Shown here in pieces: positions 48,601-64,000 of a DNA stretch of 64,000 nucleotides. How positions within the stretch are numbered: the first letter of the stretch is position 1; each line of letters opens with the position of its first letter. Position numbers and translations under genes: made by a program. Below the pieces are notes generated by a model. That model did no database searches. It was not told the DNA's origin and saw nothing but the letters and a program-made list of their open reading frames with translations. The DNA is from Eledone cirrhosa. Lineage: Eukaryota. The stretch covers positions 93,930,001 to 93,994,000 of the forward strand of contig OZ024743.1 of assembly GCA_964016885.1 (NCBI GenBank), written 5' to 3'.

Positions 48601-51600
48601 ATGGTGGGATATAGTCACATATTGTTGGTACTGGTATGGTGGGATATAGTCACACATTGTTGGTACTGGGATGGTGGGATATAGTCACACATTGTTGGTA
48701 CTAGGGTGGTGGGATATAGTCACATATTGTTGGTACTGGTATGGTGGGATATAGTCACATATTGTTGGTACTGGGGTGGTGGGATATAGTCACATATTGT
48801 TGGTACTGGTATGGTGGGATATAGTCACATATTGTTTGTACTGGTATGGTGGGATATAGTCACATATTGTTGGTACTGGGGTGGTGGAATATAGTCACAC
48901 ATTGTTGGTACTGGGGTGGTGGGATATAGTCACACATTGTTGGTACTGGTATGGTGGGATATAGTCACATATTGTTGGTACTAGGGTGGTGGGATATAGT
49001 CACATATTGTTGGTACTGGGATGGTGGGATATAGTCAAACATTGTTGGTACTGGGGTGGTGGGATATAGTCACACATTGTTGGTACTGGGGTGGTGGGAT
49101 ATAGTCAAATATTGTTGGTACTGGTATGGTGGGATTTAGTCACACATTGTTGGTACTGGGGTGGTGGGATATAGTCACACATTGTTGGTACAGGTATGGT
49201 GGGATATAGTCACATATTCTTGGTACTGGGGTGGTGGGATATAGTCACACATTGTTGGTACTGGAATGGTGGGATATAGTCACACATTGTTGGTACTAGG
49301 GTGGTGGGATATAGTCACATATTGTTGGTACTGGTATGGTGGGATATAGTCACACATTGTTGGTACTGTTATGGTGGGATATAGTCACATATTGTTTGTA
49401 CTGGTATGGTGGGATATAGTCACATATTGTTGGTACTGGTATGGTGGAATATAGTCACACATTGTTGGTACTGGGGTGGTGGGATATAGTCACACATTGT
49501 TGGTACTGGTATGGTGGGATATAGTCACATATTGTTGGTACTAGGGTGGTGGGATATAGTCACATATTGTTGGTATTGGGGTGGTGGGATATAGTCAAAC
49601 ATTGTTGGTACTGGGGTGGTGGGATATAGTCACACATTGTTGGTACTGGGGTGGTGGGATATAGTCAAATATTGTTGGTACTGGTATGGTGGGATTTAGT
49701 CACACATTGTTGGTACTGGGGTGGTGGGATATAGTCACACATTGTTGGTACAGGTATGGTGGGATATAGTCACATATTCTTGGTACTGGGGTGGTGGGAT
49801 ATAGTCACACATTGTTGGTACTGGAATGGTGGGATATAGTCACACATTGTTGGTACTAGGGTGGTGGGATATAGTCACATATTGTTGGTACTGGTATGGT
49901 GGGATATAGTCACACTTTGTTGGTACTGGTATGGTGGGATATAGTCACACATTGTTGGTACTGGTATGGTGAGATATAGTCACACATTGTGGGTACTGGT
50001 ATGGTGGGATATAGTCACACATTGTTGGTACTGGGATGGTGGGATATAGTCACACATTGTTGGTACTGGGATGGTGGGATATAGTCACACATTGTTGGTA
50101 TTGGGGTGGTGGGATATAGTCACACATTGTTGGTACTGGTATAGTGGGATATAGTCACATATTGTTGGTACTGGGGTGGTGGGATATAGTCACACATTGT
50201 TGGTACTGGGATGGTGAGATATAGTCACACATTGTTGGTACTGGTATGGTGGGATATAGTCACACATTGTTGGTACTGGAATGGTGGGATATAGTCACAC
50301 ATTGTTGGTACTGAGATGGTGGGATATAGTCACACATTGTTGGTACTGGGGTGGTGGGATATAGTCACATATTGTTGGTCCTGGGGTGGTGGGATATAGT
50401 CACACATTGTTGGTACTGGAATGGTGGGATATAGTCACACATTGTTGGTACTGGTATGGTGGGATATAGTCACACATTGTTGGTACTGGAATGGTGGGAT
50501 ATAGTCACACATTGTTGGTACTGAGATGGTGGGATATAGTCACACATTGTTGGTACTGGGGTGGTGGGATATAGTCACACATTGTTGGTACTGGTGTGGT
50601 GGGATATAGTCACACATTGTTGGTAATGGTGTGTTGGGATATAGTCACACATTGTTGGTACTGGTATGGTGGGATATAGTCACACATTGTTGGTACTGGT
50701 ATGGTGGGATATAGTCACATATTGTTGGTACGGGGGTGGTGGGATATAGTCACACTTTGTTGGTACTGGGGTGGTGGGATATAGTCACACATTGTGGATA
50801 CAGGGATGGTGGGATATAGTCACACATTGTTGGTACTGGGGTGGTGGGATATAGTAACACATTGTTGGTACTGGGATGGTGGGATATAGTCACACATTGT
50901 GGGTACAGGGATGGTGGGATATAGTCACACATTGTTGGTACTGGGGTGGTGGGATATAGTCACACATTGTTGGTACTGGTATGGTGGGATATAGTCACAC
51001 ATTGTTGGTACTGGAATGGTGGGATATAATCACACATTGTTGGTAGTGAGATGGTGGGATATAGTCACACATTGTTGGTACTGGGGTGGTGGGATATAGT
51101 CACATGTTGTTGGTCCTGGGGTGGTGGGATATAGTCACACATTGTTGGTACTGGAATGGTGGGATATAGTCACACATTGTTGGTACTGGTATGGTGGGAT
51201 ATAGTCACACATTGTTGGTACTGGAATGGTGGGATATAGTCACACATTTTTGGTACTGAGATGGTGGGATATAGTCACACATTGTTGGTACTGGAATGGT
51301 GGGATATAGTCACACATTGTTGGTACTGGTATGGTGGGATATAGTCACACATTGTCGGTACTGGTATGGTGGGATATAGTCACATATTGTTGGTACTGGG
51401 GTGGTGGGATATAGTCAAACATTGTTGGTACTGGGGTGGTGGGATATAGTCACACATTGTTGGTACTGGGGTGGTGGGATATAGTCACACATTGTTGGTA
51501 CTGGGATGGTGGGATATAGTCACACATTGTTTGTACTGGTATGGTGGGATATAGTCACACATTGTTGGTACTGGGATGGTGGGATATAGTCACACATTGT

Positions 51601-54600
51601 TGGTACTGGTATGGTGGGATATAGTCACACATTGTTTGTACTGGTATGGTGGGATATAGTCACACATTGTTGGTACTGGGATGGTGGGATATAGTCACAC
51701 ATTGTTGGTACTGGTATGGTGGGATATAGTCACACATTGTTGGTACTGGTATGGTGGGATATAGTCACATATTGTTGGTACTGGGGTGGTGGGATATAGT
51801 CACATATTGTTGGTACTGGGATGGTGGGATATAGTCACACATTGTTGGTACTGGGGTGGTGGGATATAGTCACACATTGTTGGTACTGGGGTGGTGGGAT
51901 ATAGTCAAATATTGTTGGTACTGGTATGGTGGGATATAGTCACACATTGTTGGTACTGGGGTGGTGGGATATAGTCACACATTGTTGGTACTGGGGTGGT
52001 GGGATATAGTCACACATTGTTGGTACAGGTATGGTGGGATATAGTCACACATTGTTGGTACTGGTATGGTGAGATATAGTCACACATTGTGGGTACTGGT
52101 ATGGTGGGATATAGTCACACATTGTTGGTACAGGTATGGTGGGATATAGTCACACATTGTTGGTACTGGTATGGTGGGATATAGTCACACATTGTTGGTA
52201 CTGGGATGGTGGGATATAGTCACACATTGTTGGTACTGGGATGGTGGGATATAGTCACACATTGTTGGTACTGGGGTGGTGGGATATAGTCACACATTGT
52301 TCGTACTGGTATAGTTGGATATAATCACATATTGTTGGTATTGGGGTGGTGGGATATAGTCACATATTGTTGGTACTGGGGTGGTGGGATATAGTCACAT
52401 ATTGTTGGTACTGGTATGTTGGGATATAGTCACACGTTGTTGGTACTGGTATGGAGGGATATAGTCACACGTTGTTGGTACTGGAATGGTGGGATATAGT
52501 CACACATTGTTGGTACTAAGATGGTGGGATATAGTCACACATTGTTGGTACTGGTGTGGTGGGATATAGTCACACATTGTTGGTACTGGGGTGGTGGGAT
52601 ATAGTCACACATTGTTGGTACAGGTATGGAGGGATATAGTCACACATTGTTGGTACTGGAATGGTGGGATATAGTCACACACTGTTGGTACTGGGATGGT
52701 GGGATATAGTCACACATTGTGGGTACTGGCATGGTGGGATATAGTCACACATTGTTGGTACTGAGATGGTGGGATATAGTCACACATTGTTGGTACTGGA
52801 ATGGTGGGATATAGTCACACATTGTTGGTACTGGTATGGTGGGATATAGTGACACATTGTCGGTACTGGTATGGTGGGATATAGTCACATATTGTTGGTA
52901 CTGGGGTGGTGGGATATAGTCACACTTTGTTGGTACTGGGGTGGTGGGATATAGTCACACATTGTGGGTACTGGGATGTTGGGATATAGTCACACATTGT
53001 TGGTACTGGGGTGGTGGGATATAGTAACACATTGTTGGTACTGGTATGGTGGGATATAGTCACACATTGTTGGTACTGGGATGGTTGGATATAGTCACAC
53101 ATTGTTGGTACTGGAATGGTGGGATATAGTCACATATTGTTGGTACTGGAATGGTGGGATATAGTCACATATTGTTGGTACTGGTGTGGTGGGATATAGT
53201 CACACATTTTTGGTACTGGGGTGGTGGGATATAGTCACACATTGTTGGTACAGGTATGGTGGGATATAGTCACACATTGTTGGTACTGGGGTGGTGGGAT
53301 ATAGTAACACATTGTTGGTACTGGGATGGTGGGATATAGTCACACATTGTGGGTACAGGGATGGTGGGATATAGTCACACATTGTTGGTACTGGGGTGGT
53401 GGGATATAGTCACACATTGTTGGTACTGGTATGGTGGGATATAGTCACACATTGTTGGTACTGGAATGGTGGGATATAATCACACATTGTTGGTAGTGAG
53501 ATGGTGGGATATAGTCACACATTGTTGGTACTGGGGTGGTGGGATATAGTCACATGTTGTTGGTCCTGGGGTGGTGGGATATAGTCACACATTGTTGGTA
53601 CTGGAATGGTGGGATATAGTCACACATTGTTGGTACTGGTATGGTGGGATATAGTCACACATTGTTGGTACTGGAATGGTGGGATATAGTCACACATTTT
53701 TGGTACTGAGATGGTGGGATATAGTCACACATTGTTGGTACTGGAATGGTGGGATATAGTCACACATTGTTGGTACTGGTATGGTGGGATATAGTCACAC
53801 ATTGTCGGTACTGGTATGGTGGGATATAGTCACATATTGTTGGTACTGGGGTGGTGGGATATAGTCAAACATTGTTGGTACTGGGGTGGTGGGATATAGT
53901 CACACATTGTTGGTACTGGGGTGGTGGGATATAGTCACACATTGTTGGTACTGGGATGGTGGGATATAGTCACACATTGTTTGTACTGGTATGGTGGGAT
54001 ATAGTCACACATTGTTGGTACTGGGATGGTGGGATATAGTCACACATTGTTGGTACTGGTATGGTGGGATATAGTCACACATTGTTTGTACTGGTATGGT
54101 GGGATATAGTCACACATTGTTGGTACTGGGATGGTGGGATATAGTCACACATTGTTGGTACTGGTATGGTGGGATATAGTCACACATTGTTGGTACTGGT
54201 ATGGTGGGATATAGTCACATATTGTTGGTACTGGGGTGGTGGGATATAGTCACATATTGTTGGTACTGGGATGGTGGGATATAGTCACACATTGTTGGTA
54301 CTGGGGTGGTGGGATATAGTCACACATTGTTGGTACTGGGGTGGTGGGATATAGTCAAATATTGTTGGTACTGGTATGGTGGGATATAGTCACACATTGT
54401 TGGTACTGGGGTGGTGGGATATAGTCACACATTGTTGGTACTGGGGTGGTGGGATATAGTCACACATTGTTGGTACAGGTATGGTGGGATATAGTCACAC
54501 ATTGTTGGTACTGGTATGGTGAGATATAGTCACACATTGTGGGTACTGGTATGGTGGGATATAGTCACACATTGTTGGTACAGGTATGGTGGGATATAGT

Positions 54601-57600
54601 CACACATTGTTGGTACTGGTATGGTGGGATATAGTCACACATTGTTGGTACTGGGATGGTGGGATATAGTCACACATTGTTGGTACTGGGATGGTGGGAT
54701 ATAGTCACACATTGTTGGTACTGGGGTGGTGGGATATAGTCACACATTGTTCGTACTGGTATAGTTGGATATAATCACATATTGTTGGTATTGGGGTGGT
54801 GGGATATAGTCACATATTGTTGGTACTGGGGTGGTGGGATATAGTCACATATTGTTGGTACTGGTATGTTGGGATATAGTCACACGTTGTTGGTACTGGT
54901 ATGGAGGGATATAGTCACACGTTGTTGGTACTGGAATGGTGGGATATAGTCACACATTGTTGGTACTAAGATGGTGGGATATAGTCACACATTGTTGGTA
55001 CTGGTGTGGTGGGATATAGTCACACATTGTTGGTACTGGGGTGGTGGGATATAGTCACACATTGTTGGTACAGGTATGGAGGGATATAGTCACACATTGT
55101 TGGTACTGGAATGGTGGGATATAGTCACACACTGTTGGTACTGGGATGGTGGGATATAGTCACACATTGTGGGTACTGGCATGGTGGGATATAGTCACAC
55201 ATTGTTGGTACTGAGATGGTGGGATATAGTCACACATTGTTGGTACTGGAATGGTGGGATATAGTCACACATTGTTGGTACTGGTATGGTGGGATATAGT
55301 GACACATTGTCGGTACTGGTATGGTGGGATATAGTCACATATTGTTGGTACTGGGGTGGTGGGATATAGTCACACTTTGTTGGTACTGGGGTGGTGGGAT
55401 ATAGTCACACATTGTGGGTACTGGGATGTTGGGATATAGTCACACATTGTTGGTACTGGGGTGGTGGGATATAGTAACACATTGTTGGTACTGGTATGGT
55501 GGGATATAGTCACACATTGTTGGTACTGGGATGGTTGGATATAGTCACACATTGTTGGTACTGGAATGGTGGGATATAGTCACATATTGTTGGTACTGGA
55601 ATGGTGGGATATAGTCACATATTGTTGGTACTGGTGTGGTGGGATATAGTCACACATTTTTGGTACTGGGGTGGTGGGATATAGTCACACATTGTTGGTA
55701 CAGGTATGGTGGGATATAGTCACACATTGTTGGTACTGGTATGGTGAGATATAGTCACACATTGTGGGTACTGGTATGGTGGGATATAGTCACACATTGT
55801 TGGTACAGGTATGGTGGGATATAGTCACACATTGTTGGTACTGGTATGGTGGGATATAGTCACACATTGTTGGTATTGGGATGGTGGGATATAGTCACAC
55901 ATTGTTGGTACTGGGATGGTGGGATATAGTCACACATTGTTGGTACTGGGGTGGTGGGATATAGTCACACATTGTTCGTACTGGTATAGTGGGATATAGT
56001 CACATATTGTTGGTATTGGGGTGGTGGGATATAGTCACACATTGTTGGTACTGGGGTGGTGGGATATAGTCACATATTGTTGGTACTGGTATGGTGGGAT
56101 ATAGTCACACGTTGTTGGTACTGGTATGGAGGGATATAGTCACACGTTGTTGGTACTGGAATGGTGGGATATAGTCACACATTGTTGGTACTAAGATGGT
56201 GGGATATAGTCACACATTGTTGGTACTGGTGTGGTGGGATATAGTCACACATTGTTGGTACTGGTATGGAGGGATATAGTCACACATTGTTGGTACTGGA
56301 ATGGTGGGATATAGTCACACACTGTTGGTACTGAGATGGTGGGATATAGTCACACATTGTTGGTACAGGTATGGTGGGATATAGTCACACACTGTTGGTA
56401 CTGGGATGGTGGGATATAGTCACACATTGTTGGTACTGAGATGGTGGGATATAGTCACACATTGTTGGTACTGGTATGGTGGGATATAGTCACACATTGT
56501 TGGTACTGGGGTGGTGGGATATAGTCACATATTGTTGGTCCTGGGGTGGTGGGATATAGTCACACATTGTTGGTACTGGAATGGTGAGATATAGTCACAT
56601 ATTGTTGGTACTGGTATGGAGGGATATAGTCACACATTGTTGGTACTGGAATGGTGGGATATAGTCACACATTGTTGGTACTGAGATGGTGGGATATAGT
56701 CACACATTGTTGGTACTGGTGTGGTGGGATATAGTCACACATTGTTGGTACTGGTATGGTGGGATATAGTCACACATTGTTGGTACTGGGGTGGTGGGAT
56801 ATAGTCACATATTGTTGGTCCTGGGGTGGTGGGATATAGTCACACATTGTTGGTACTGGAATGGTGGGATATAGTCACACATTGTTGGTACTGAGATGGT
56901 GGGATATAGTCACACATTGTTGGTACTGGTGTGGTGGGATATAGTCACACATTGTTGGTACTGGTATGGTGGGATATAGTCACACATTGTCGGTACTGGT
57001 ATGGTGGGATATAGTCACATATTGTTGGTACTGGGGTGGTGGGATATAGTCACACTTTGTTGGTACTGGGGTGGTGGGATATAGTCACACATTGTGGGTA
57101 CTGGGATGTTGGGATATAGTCACACATTGTTGGTACTGGGGTGGTGGGATATAGTAACACATTGTTGGTACTGGTATGGTGGGATATAGTCACACATTGT
57201 TGGTAATGGGAGGGTTGGATATAGTCACACATTGTTGGTACTGGTATGATGGGATATAGTCACACATTGTTGGTACTGGGATGGTATGATATAGTCACAC
57301 ATAGTTGGTACTGGGATGGTGGGATATAGTCACATATTGTTGGTACTGGTGTGGTGGGATATAGTCACATATTGTTGGTACTGGAATGGTGGGATATAGT
57401 CACATATTGTTGGTATAGGTGTGGTGGGATATAGTCACACATTGTTGGTACTGGGATGGTGGGATATAGTCACACATTGTTGGTACTGGGGTGGTGGGAT
57501 ATAGTCACACATTGTTGGTACTGGGATGGTGGGATATAGTCTCATATTGTTGGTACTGGTATGGTGGGATATAGTCACACATTGTTGGTACTGGGATGGT

Positions 57601-60600
57601 GGGATATTGTCACACATTGTTGGTACTGGGATGGTGGGATATAGTCACACATTGTTGGTACTGGGATGGTGGGATATTGTCACACATTGTTGGTACTGGG
57701 ATGGTGGGATATAGTCACACATTGTTGGTATTGGTATGGTGGGATATAGTCACACATTGTTGGTACAGGTATGGTGGGATATAGTCACACATTGTTGGTA
57801 CTGGGATGGTGGGATATAGTCACATTGTTGGTACTGGGATGGTGGGATATAGTCACACATTGTTGGTACTGGAATGGTGGGATATAGTCACACATTGTTG
57901 GTACTGGTATGGTGGGATATAGTCAAATATTGTTGGTACTGGGGTGGTGGGATATAGTCACACATTGTTGGTACGGGGGTGGTGGGATATAGTCACATTG
58001 TTGGTACTGGGATGGTGGGATATAGTCACACATTGTTGGTACTGGTATGGTGGGATATAGTCACACAATGTTGGTACTGGTATGGTGGGATATAGTCAAA
58101 TATTGTTGGTACTGGGATGGTGGGATATAGTCACACATTGTTGGTACTGGGGTGGTGGGATATAGTCACATTGTTGGTACTGGGATGGTGGGATATAGTC
58201 ACACATTGTTGGTACTGGTATGGTGGGATATAGTCACACATTGTTGGTACTGGTATGGTGGGATATAGTCAAATATTGTTGGTACTGGGGTGGTGGGATA
58301 TAGTCACACATTGTTGGTACGGGGGTGGTGGGATATAGTCACACATTGTTGGTACTGGTATGGTGGGATATAGTCACACATTGTTGGTACTGGGGTGGTG
58401 GGATATAGTCACACATTGTTCGTACTGGTATAGTGGGATATAGTCACATATTGTTGGTATTGGGGTGGTGGGATATAGTCACACATTGTTGGTACTGGGG
58501 TGGTGGGATATAGTCAAATATTGTTGGTACTGGTATGGTGGGATATAGTCACACATTGTTGGTACTAAGATGGTGGGATATAGTCACACATTGTTGGTAC
58601 TGGTGTGGTGGGATATAGTCACACATTGTTGGTACTGGTATGGAGGGATATAGTCACACATTGTTGGTACTGGAATGGTGGGATATAGTCACACATTGTT
58701 GGTACTGAGATGGTGGGATATAGTCACACATTGTTGGTACAGGTATGGTGGGATATAGTCACACACTGTTGGTACTGGGATGGTGGGATATCCTCACACA
58801 TTGTTGGTACTGAGATGGTGGGATATAGTCACACATTGTTGGTACTGGTATGGTGGGATATAGTCACACATTGTTGGTACTGGGGTGGTGGGATATAGTC
58901 ACATATTGTTGGTCCTGGGGTGGTGGGATATAGTCACACATTGTTGGTACTGGAATGGTGGGATATAGTCACATATTGTTGGTACTGGTATGGAGGGATA
59001 TAGTCACACATTGTTGGTACTGGAATGGTGGGATATAGTCACACATTGTTGGTACTGAGATGGTGGGATATAGTCACACATTGTTGGTACTGGTGTGGTG
59101 GGATATAATCACACATTGTTGGTACTGGTATGGTGGGATATAGTCACACATTGTTGGTACTGGGGTGGTGGGATATAGTCACATATTGTTGGTCCTGGGG
59201 TGGTGGGATATAGTCACACATTGTTGGTACTGGAATGGTGGGATATAGTCACACATTGTTGGTACTGAGATGGTGGGATATAGTCACACATTGTTGGTAC
59301 TGGTGTGGTGGGATATAGTCACACATTGTCGGTACTGGTATGGTGGGATATAGTCACATATTGTTGGTACTGGGGTGGTGGGATATAGTCACACTTTGTT
59401 GGTACTGGGGTGGTGGGATATAGTCACACATTGTGGGTACTGGGATGTTGGGATATAGTCACACATTGTTGGTACTGGGGTGATGGGATATAGTAACACA
59501 TTGTTGGTACTGGTATGGTGGGATATAGTCACACATTGTTGGTAATGGGATGGTTGGATATAGTCACACATTGTTGGTACTGGAATGGTGGAATATAGTC
59601 ACATATTGTTGGTACTGGAATGGTGGGATATAGTCACATATTGTTGGTACTGGTGTGGTGGGATATAGTCACACATTGTTGGTACTGGGATGGTGGGATA
59701 TAGTCACACATTGTTGGTACTGGAATGGTGGGATATAGTCACATATTGTTGGTACTGGTGTGGTGGGATATAGTCACACATTGTTGGTACTGGTATGGTG
59801 GGATATGGTCAAATATTGTTGGTACTGGGGTGGTGGGATATAGTCACACATTGTTGGTACTGGGATGGTGGGATATAGTCACACATTGTTGGTACTGGGA
59901 TGGTGGGATATAGTCACACATTGTTGGTACTGGGATGGTGGGATATAGTCACACATTGTTGGTACTGGGGTGGTGGGATATAGTCACATATTGTTGGTAC
60001 TGGTATGGTGGGATATAGTCACACGTTGTTGGTACCGGTATGGAGGGATATAGTCACACGTTGTTGGTACTGGAATGGTGGGATATAGTCACACATTGTT
60101 GGTACTAAGATGGTGGGATATAGTCACACATTGTTAGTACTGGTGTGGTGGGATATAGTCACACATTGTTGGTACTGGTATGGAGGGATATAGTCACACA
60201 TTGTTGGTACTGGAATGGTGGGATATAGTCACACATTGTTGGTACTGAGATGGTGGGATATAGTCACACATTGTTGGTACAGGTATGGTGGGATATAGTC
60301 ACACACTGTTGGTACTGGGATGGTGGGATATAGTCACACATTGTTGGTACTGAGATGGTGGGATATAGTCACACATTGTTGGTACTGGTATGGTGGGATA
60401 TAGTCACACATTGTTGGTACTGGGGTGGTGGGATATAGTCACATATTGTTGGTCCTGGGGTGGTGGGATATAGTCACACATTGTTGGTACTGGAATGGTG
60501 GGATATAGTCACATATTGTTGGTACTGGTATGGAGGGATATAGTCACACATTGTTGGTACTGGAATGGTGGGATATAGTCACACATTGTTGGTACTGAGA

Positions 60601-63600
60601 TGGTGGGATATAGTCACACATTGTTGGTACTGGTGTGGTGGGATATAGTCACACATTGTTGGTACTGGTATGGTGGGATATAGTCACACATTGTTGGTAC
60701 TGGGGTGGTGGGATATAGTCACATATTGTTGGTCCTGGGGTGGTGGGATATAGTCACACATTGTTGGTACTGGAATGGTGGGATATAGTCACACATTGTT
60801 GGTACTGAGATGGTGGGATATAGTCACACATTGTTGGTACTGGTGTGGTGTGATATAGTCACACATTGTTGGTACTGGTATGGTGGGATATAGTCACACA
60901 TTGTCGGTACTGGTATGGTGGGATATAGTCACATATTGTTGGTACTGGGGTGGTGGGATATAGTCACACTTTGTTGGTACTGGGGTGGTGGGATATAGTC
61001 ACACATTGTGGGTACTGGGATGTTGGGATATAGTCACACATTGTTGGTACTGGGGTGATGGGATATAGTAACACATTGTTGGTACTGGTATGTTGGGATA
61101 TAGTCACACATTGTTGGTAATGGGATGGTTGGATATAGTCACACATTGTTGGTACTGGAATGGTGGAATATAGTCACATATTGTTGGTACTGGAATGGTG
61201 GGATATAGTCACATATTGTTGGTACTGGTGTGGTGGGATATAGTCACACATTGTTGGTACTGGGATGGTGGGATATAGTCACACATTGTTGGTACTGGAA
61301 TGGTGGGATATAGTCACATATTGTTGGTACTGGTGTAGTGGGATATAGTCACACATTGTTGGTACTGGTATGGTGGGATATGGTCAAATATTGTTGGTAC
61401 TGGGGTGGTGGGATATAGTCACACATTGTTGGTACTGGGATGGTGGGATATAGTCACACATTGTTGGTACTGGGATGGTGGGATATAGTCACACATTGAT
61501 GGTACTGGTATGGTGGGATATAGTCACACATTGTTGGTACAGGTATGGTGGGATATAGTCACACATTGTTGGTACTGGGATGGTGGGATATAGTCACATT
61601 GTTGGTACTGGGATGGTGGGATATAGTCACACATTGTTGGTACTGGTATGGTGGGATATAGTCAAATATTGTTGGTACTGGGGTGGTGGGATATAGTCAC
61701 ACATTGTTGGTACGGGGGTGGTGGGATATAGTCACACATTGTTGGTACTGGTATGGTGGGATATATTCACACATTGTTGGTACTGGTATGGTGGGATATA
61801 GTCACACATTGTTGGTACTGGTATGGTGGGATATAGTCACACATTGTTGGTACTGGTATGGTGGGATATAGTCACCCATTGTTGGTACTGGAATGGTGGG
61901 ATATAGTGACACATTGTAGGTACTGGAATGGTGGGATATAGTCACCCATTGTTGGTACTGGAATGGTGGGATATAGTCACACATTGTTGGTACTGAGATG
62001 GTGGGATATAGTCACACATTGTTGGTACTGGTATGGTGTGATATAGTCACACATTGTTGGTACTGGAATGGTGGGATATAGTCACCCATTGTTGGTACTG
62101 GTATGGTGGGATATAGTCACATATTGTTGGTACTGGAATGGTGGGATATAGTCACACATTGTTGGTACTGGTATGGTGGAATATAGTCACACATTGTTGG
62201 TACTGAGATGGTGGGATATAGTCACACATTGTTGGTACAGGGATGGTGAGATATAGTCACACATTGTTGGTACTGGTATGGTGGGATATAGTCACCCATT
62301 GTTGGTACTGGAATGGTGGGATATAGTCATACATTGTTGGTACTGGGATGGTGGGATATAGTCACACATTGTTGGTACTGGTATGGTGGGATATAGTCAC
62401 ACATTGTTGGTACTGGAATGGTGGGATATAGTCACCCATTGTTGGTACTGGTATGGTGGGATATAGTCACACATTGTTGGTACTGGTATGGTGGGATATA
62501 GTCACATATTGTTGGTACTGGTATGGTGGGATATAGTCACACATTGTTGGTACTGGGATGGTGGGATATAGTCCCATATTGTTGGTACTGGGATGGTGAG
62601 ATATAGTCACACATTGTTGGTACTGGGATGGTGGGATATAGTCACATATTGTTGGTACTGGTATGGTGGGATGTAGTCACACATTGTTGGTACTGGTATG
62701 GTTGTATATAGTCACCCATTGTTGGTACTGGAATGGTGGGATATAGTCACACATTGTTGGTACTGGAATGGTGGGATATAGTCACACATTGTTGGTACTG
62801 AGATGGTGGGATATAGTCACACATTGTTGGTACTGGTGTGGTGGGATATAGTCACACATTGTTGGTACTGGGGTGGTGGGATATAGTCACACATTGTTCG
62901 TACTGGTATAGTGGGATATAGTCACATATTGTTGGTATTGGGGTGGTGGGATATAGTCACACATAGTTGGTACTGGGGTGGTGGGATATAGTCCCATATT
63001 GTTGGTACTGGTATGGTGGGATATAGTCACACGTTGTTGGTACTGGTATGGAGGGATATAGTCACACGTTGTTGGTACTGGAATGGTGGGATATAGTCAC
63101 ACATTGTGGGTACTGAGATGGTGGGATATAGTCACACATTGTTGGTACTGGTGTGGTGGGATATAGTCACACATTGTTGGTACTGGTATGGAGGGATATA
63201 GTCACACATTGTTGGTACTGGAATGGTGGGATATAGTCACACACTGTTGGTACTGAGATGGTGGGATATAGTCACACATTGTTGGTACAGGTATGGTGGG
63301 ATATAGTCACACACTGTTGGTACTGGGATGGTGGGATATAGTCACACATTGTTGGTACTGGGGTGGTGGGATATAGTCACATATTGTTGGTCCTGGGGTG
63401 GTGGGATATAGTCACACATTGTTGGTACTGGAATGGTGGGATATAGTCACACATTGTTGGTACTGAGATGGTGGGATATAGTCACACATTGTTGGTACTG
63501 GTGTGGTGGGATATAGTCACACATTGTTGGTACTGGTATGGTGGGATATAGTCACACATTGTCGGTACTGGTATGGTGGGATATAGTCACATATTGTTGG

Positions 63601-64000
63601 TACTGGGGTGGTGGGATATAGTCACACTTTGTTGGTACTGGGGTGGTGGGATATAGTCACACATTGTGGGTACTGGGATGTTGGGATATAGTCACACATT
63701 GTTGGTACTGGGGTGGTGGGATATAGTAACACATTGTTGGTACTGGTATGGTGGGATATAGTCACACATTGTTGGTAATGGGATGGTTGGATATAGTCAC
63801 ACATTGTTGGTACTGGTATGGTGGGATATAGTCACACATTGTTGGTACTGGGATGGTGGGATATAGTCACACATAGTTGGTACTGGGATGGTGGGATATA
63901 GTCACATATTGTTGGTACTGGTGTGGTGGGATATAGTCACATATTGTTGGTACTGGAATGGTGGGATATAGTCACATATTGTTGGTACAGGTGTGGTGGG
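21646..64000. repeat. 35-bp satellite array (GGTACTGGTATGGTGGGATATAGTCACACATTGTT)n, ~1,200 copies, >42 kb, runs off the right edge; first ~2 units inverted
   Basis: Continuous 35-bp period with point variants and rare small indels; no spacers or insertions seen. Confidence 0.99.

Noticed and set aside
25438-63804. Dozens of 60-69 aa ORFs (MCDYIPP..., MVGYSHT...)
   Set aside because: They arise when point variants remove the repeat's stop codons; the 35-bp period cycles through frames and there are no gene signals.
21712-64000. CRISPR array (35-bp repeats)
   Set aside because: Units are head-to-tail with no unique spacers, there are no cas genes, and the context is eukaryotic.
21712-64000. 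Telomeric repeat
   Set aside because: G-rich, but no TTAGGG-type units.

Overview
Eukaryotic (animal) genomic DNA, not prokaryotic. The SINE/LINE repertoire resembles what I recall from octopus genomes, but that taxon call is an unverified inference. The first ~21.6 kb is an AT-rich, transposon-littered gene region. It holds the 5' part of an intron-rich DNA ligase IV gene (LIG4, minus strand, six coding exons up to the catalytic KxDG motif, continuing off the left edge), an intronless TMEM234 ORF on the same strand upstream of it, and a complete three-exon NDUFA6 gene transcribed divergently across a ~350 bp gap. Introns and flanks carry RTE-type LINE fragments (one with an open ORF and a PHD finger inside the RT domain), a decayed CRE-like retroelement, tRNA-derived SINEs, a MITE and several minisatellites. 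From ~21.65 kb to the window end lies one ~42 kb array of a 35-bp satellite (~1,200 copies) with variant-repeat patterning, multi-kb internal duplications and a fold-back junction fused to a LINE fragment. All ORF-track entries in that array are artefacts of the repeat. Exon boundaries were read by hand; transposon boundaries are approximate.
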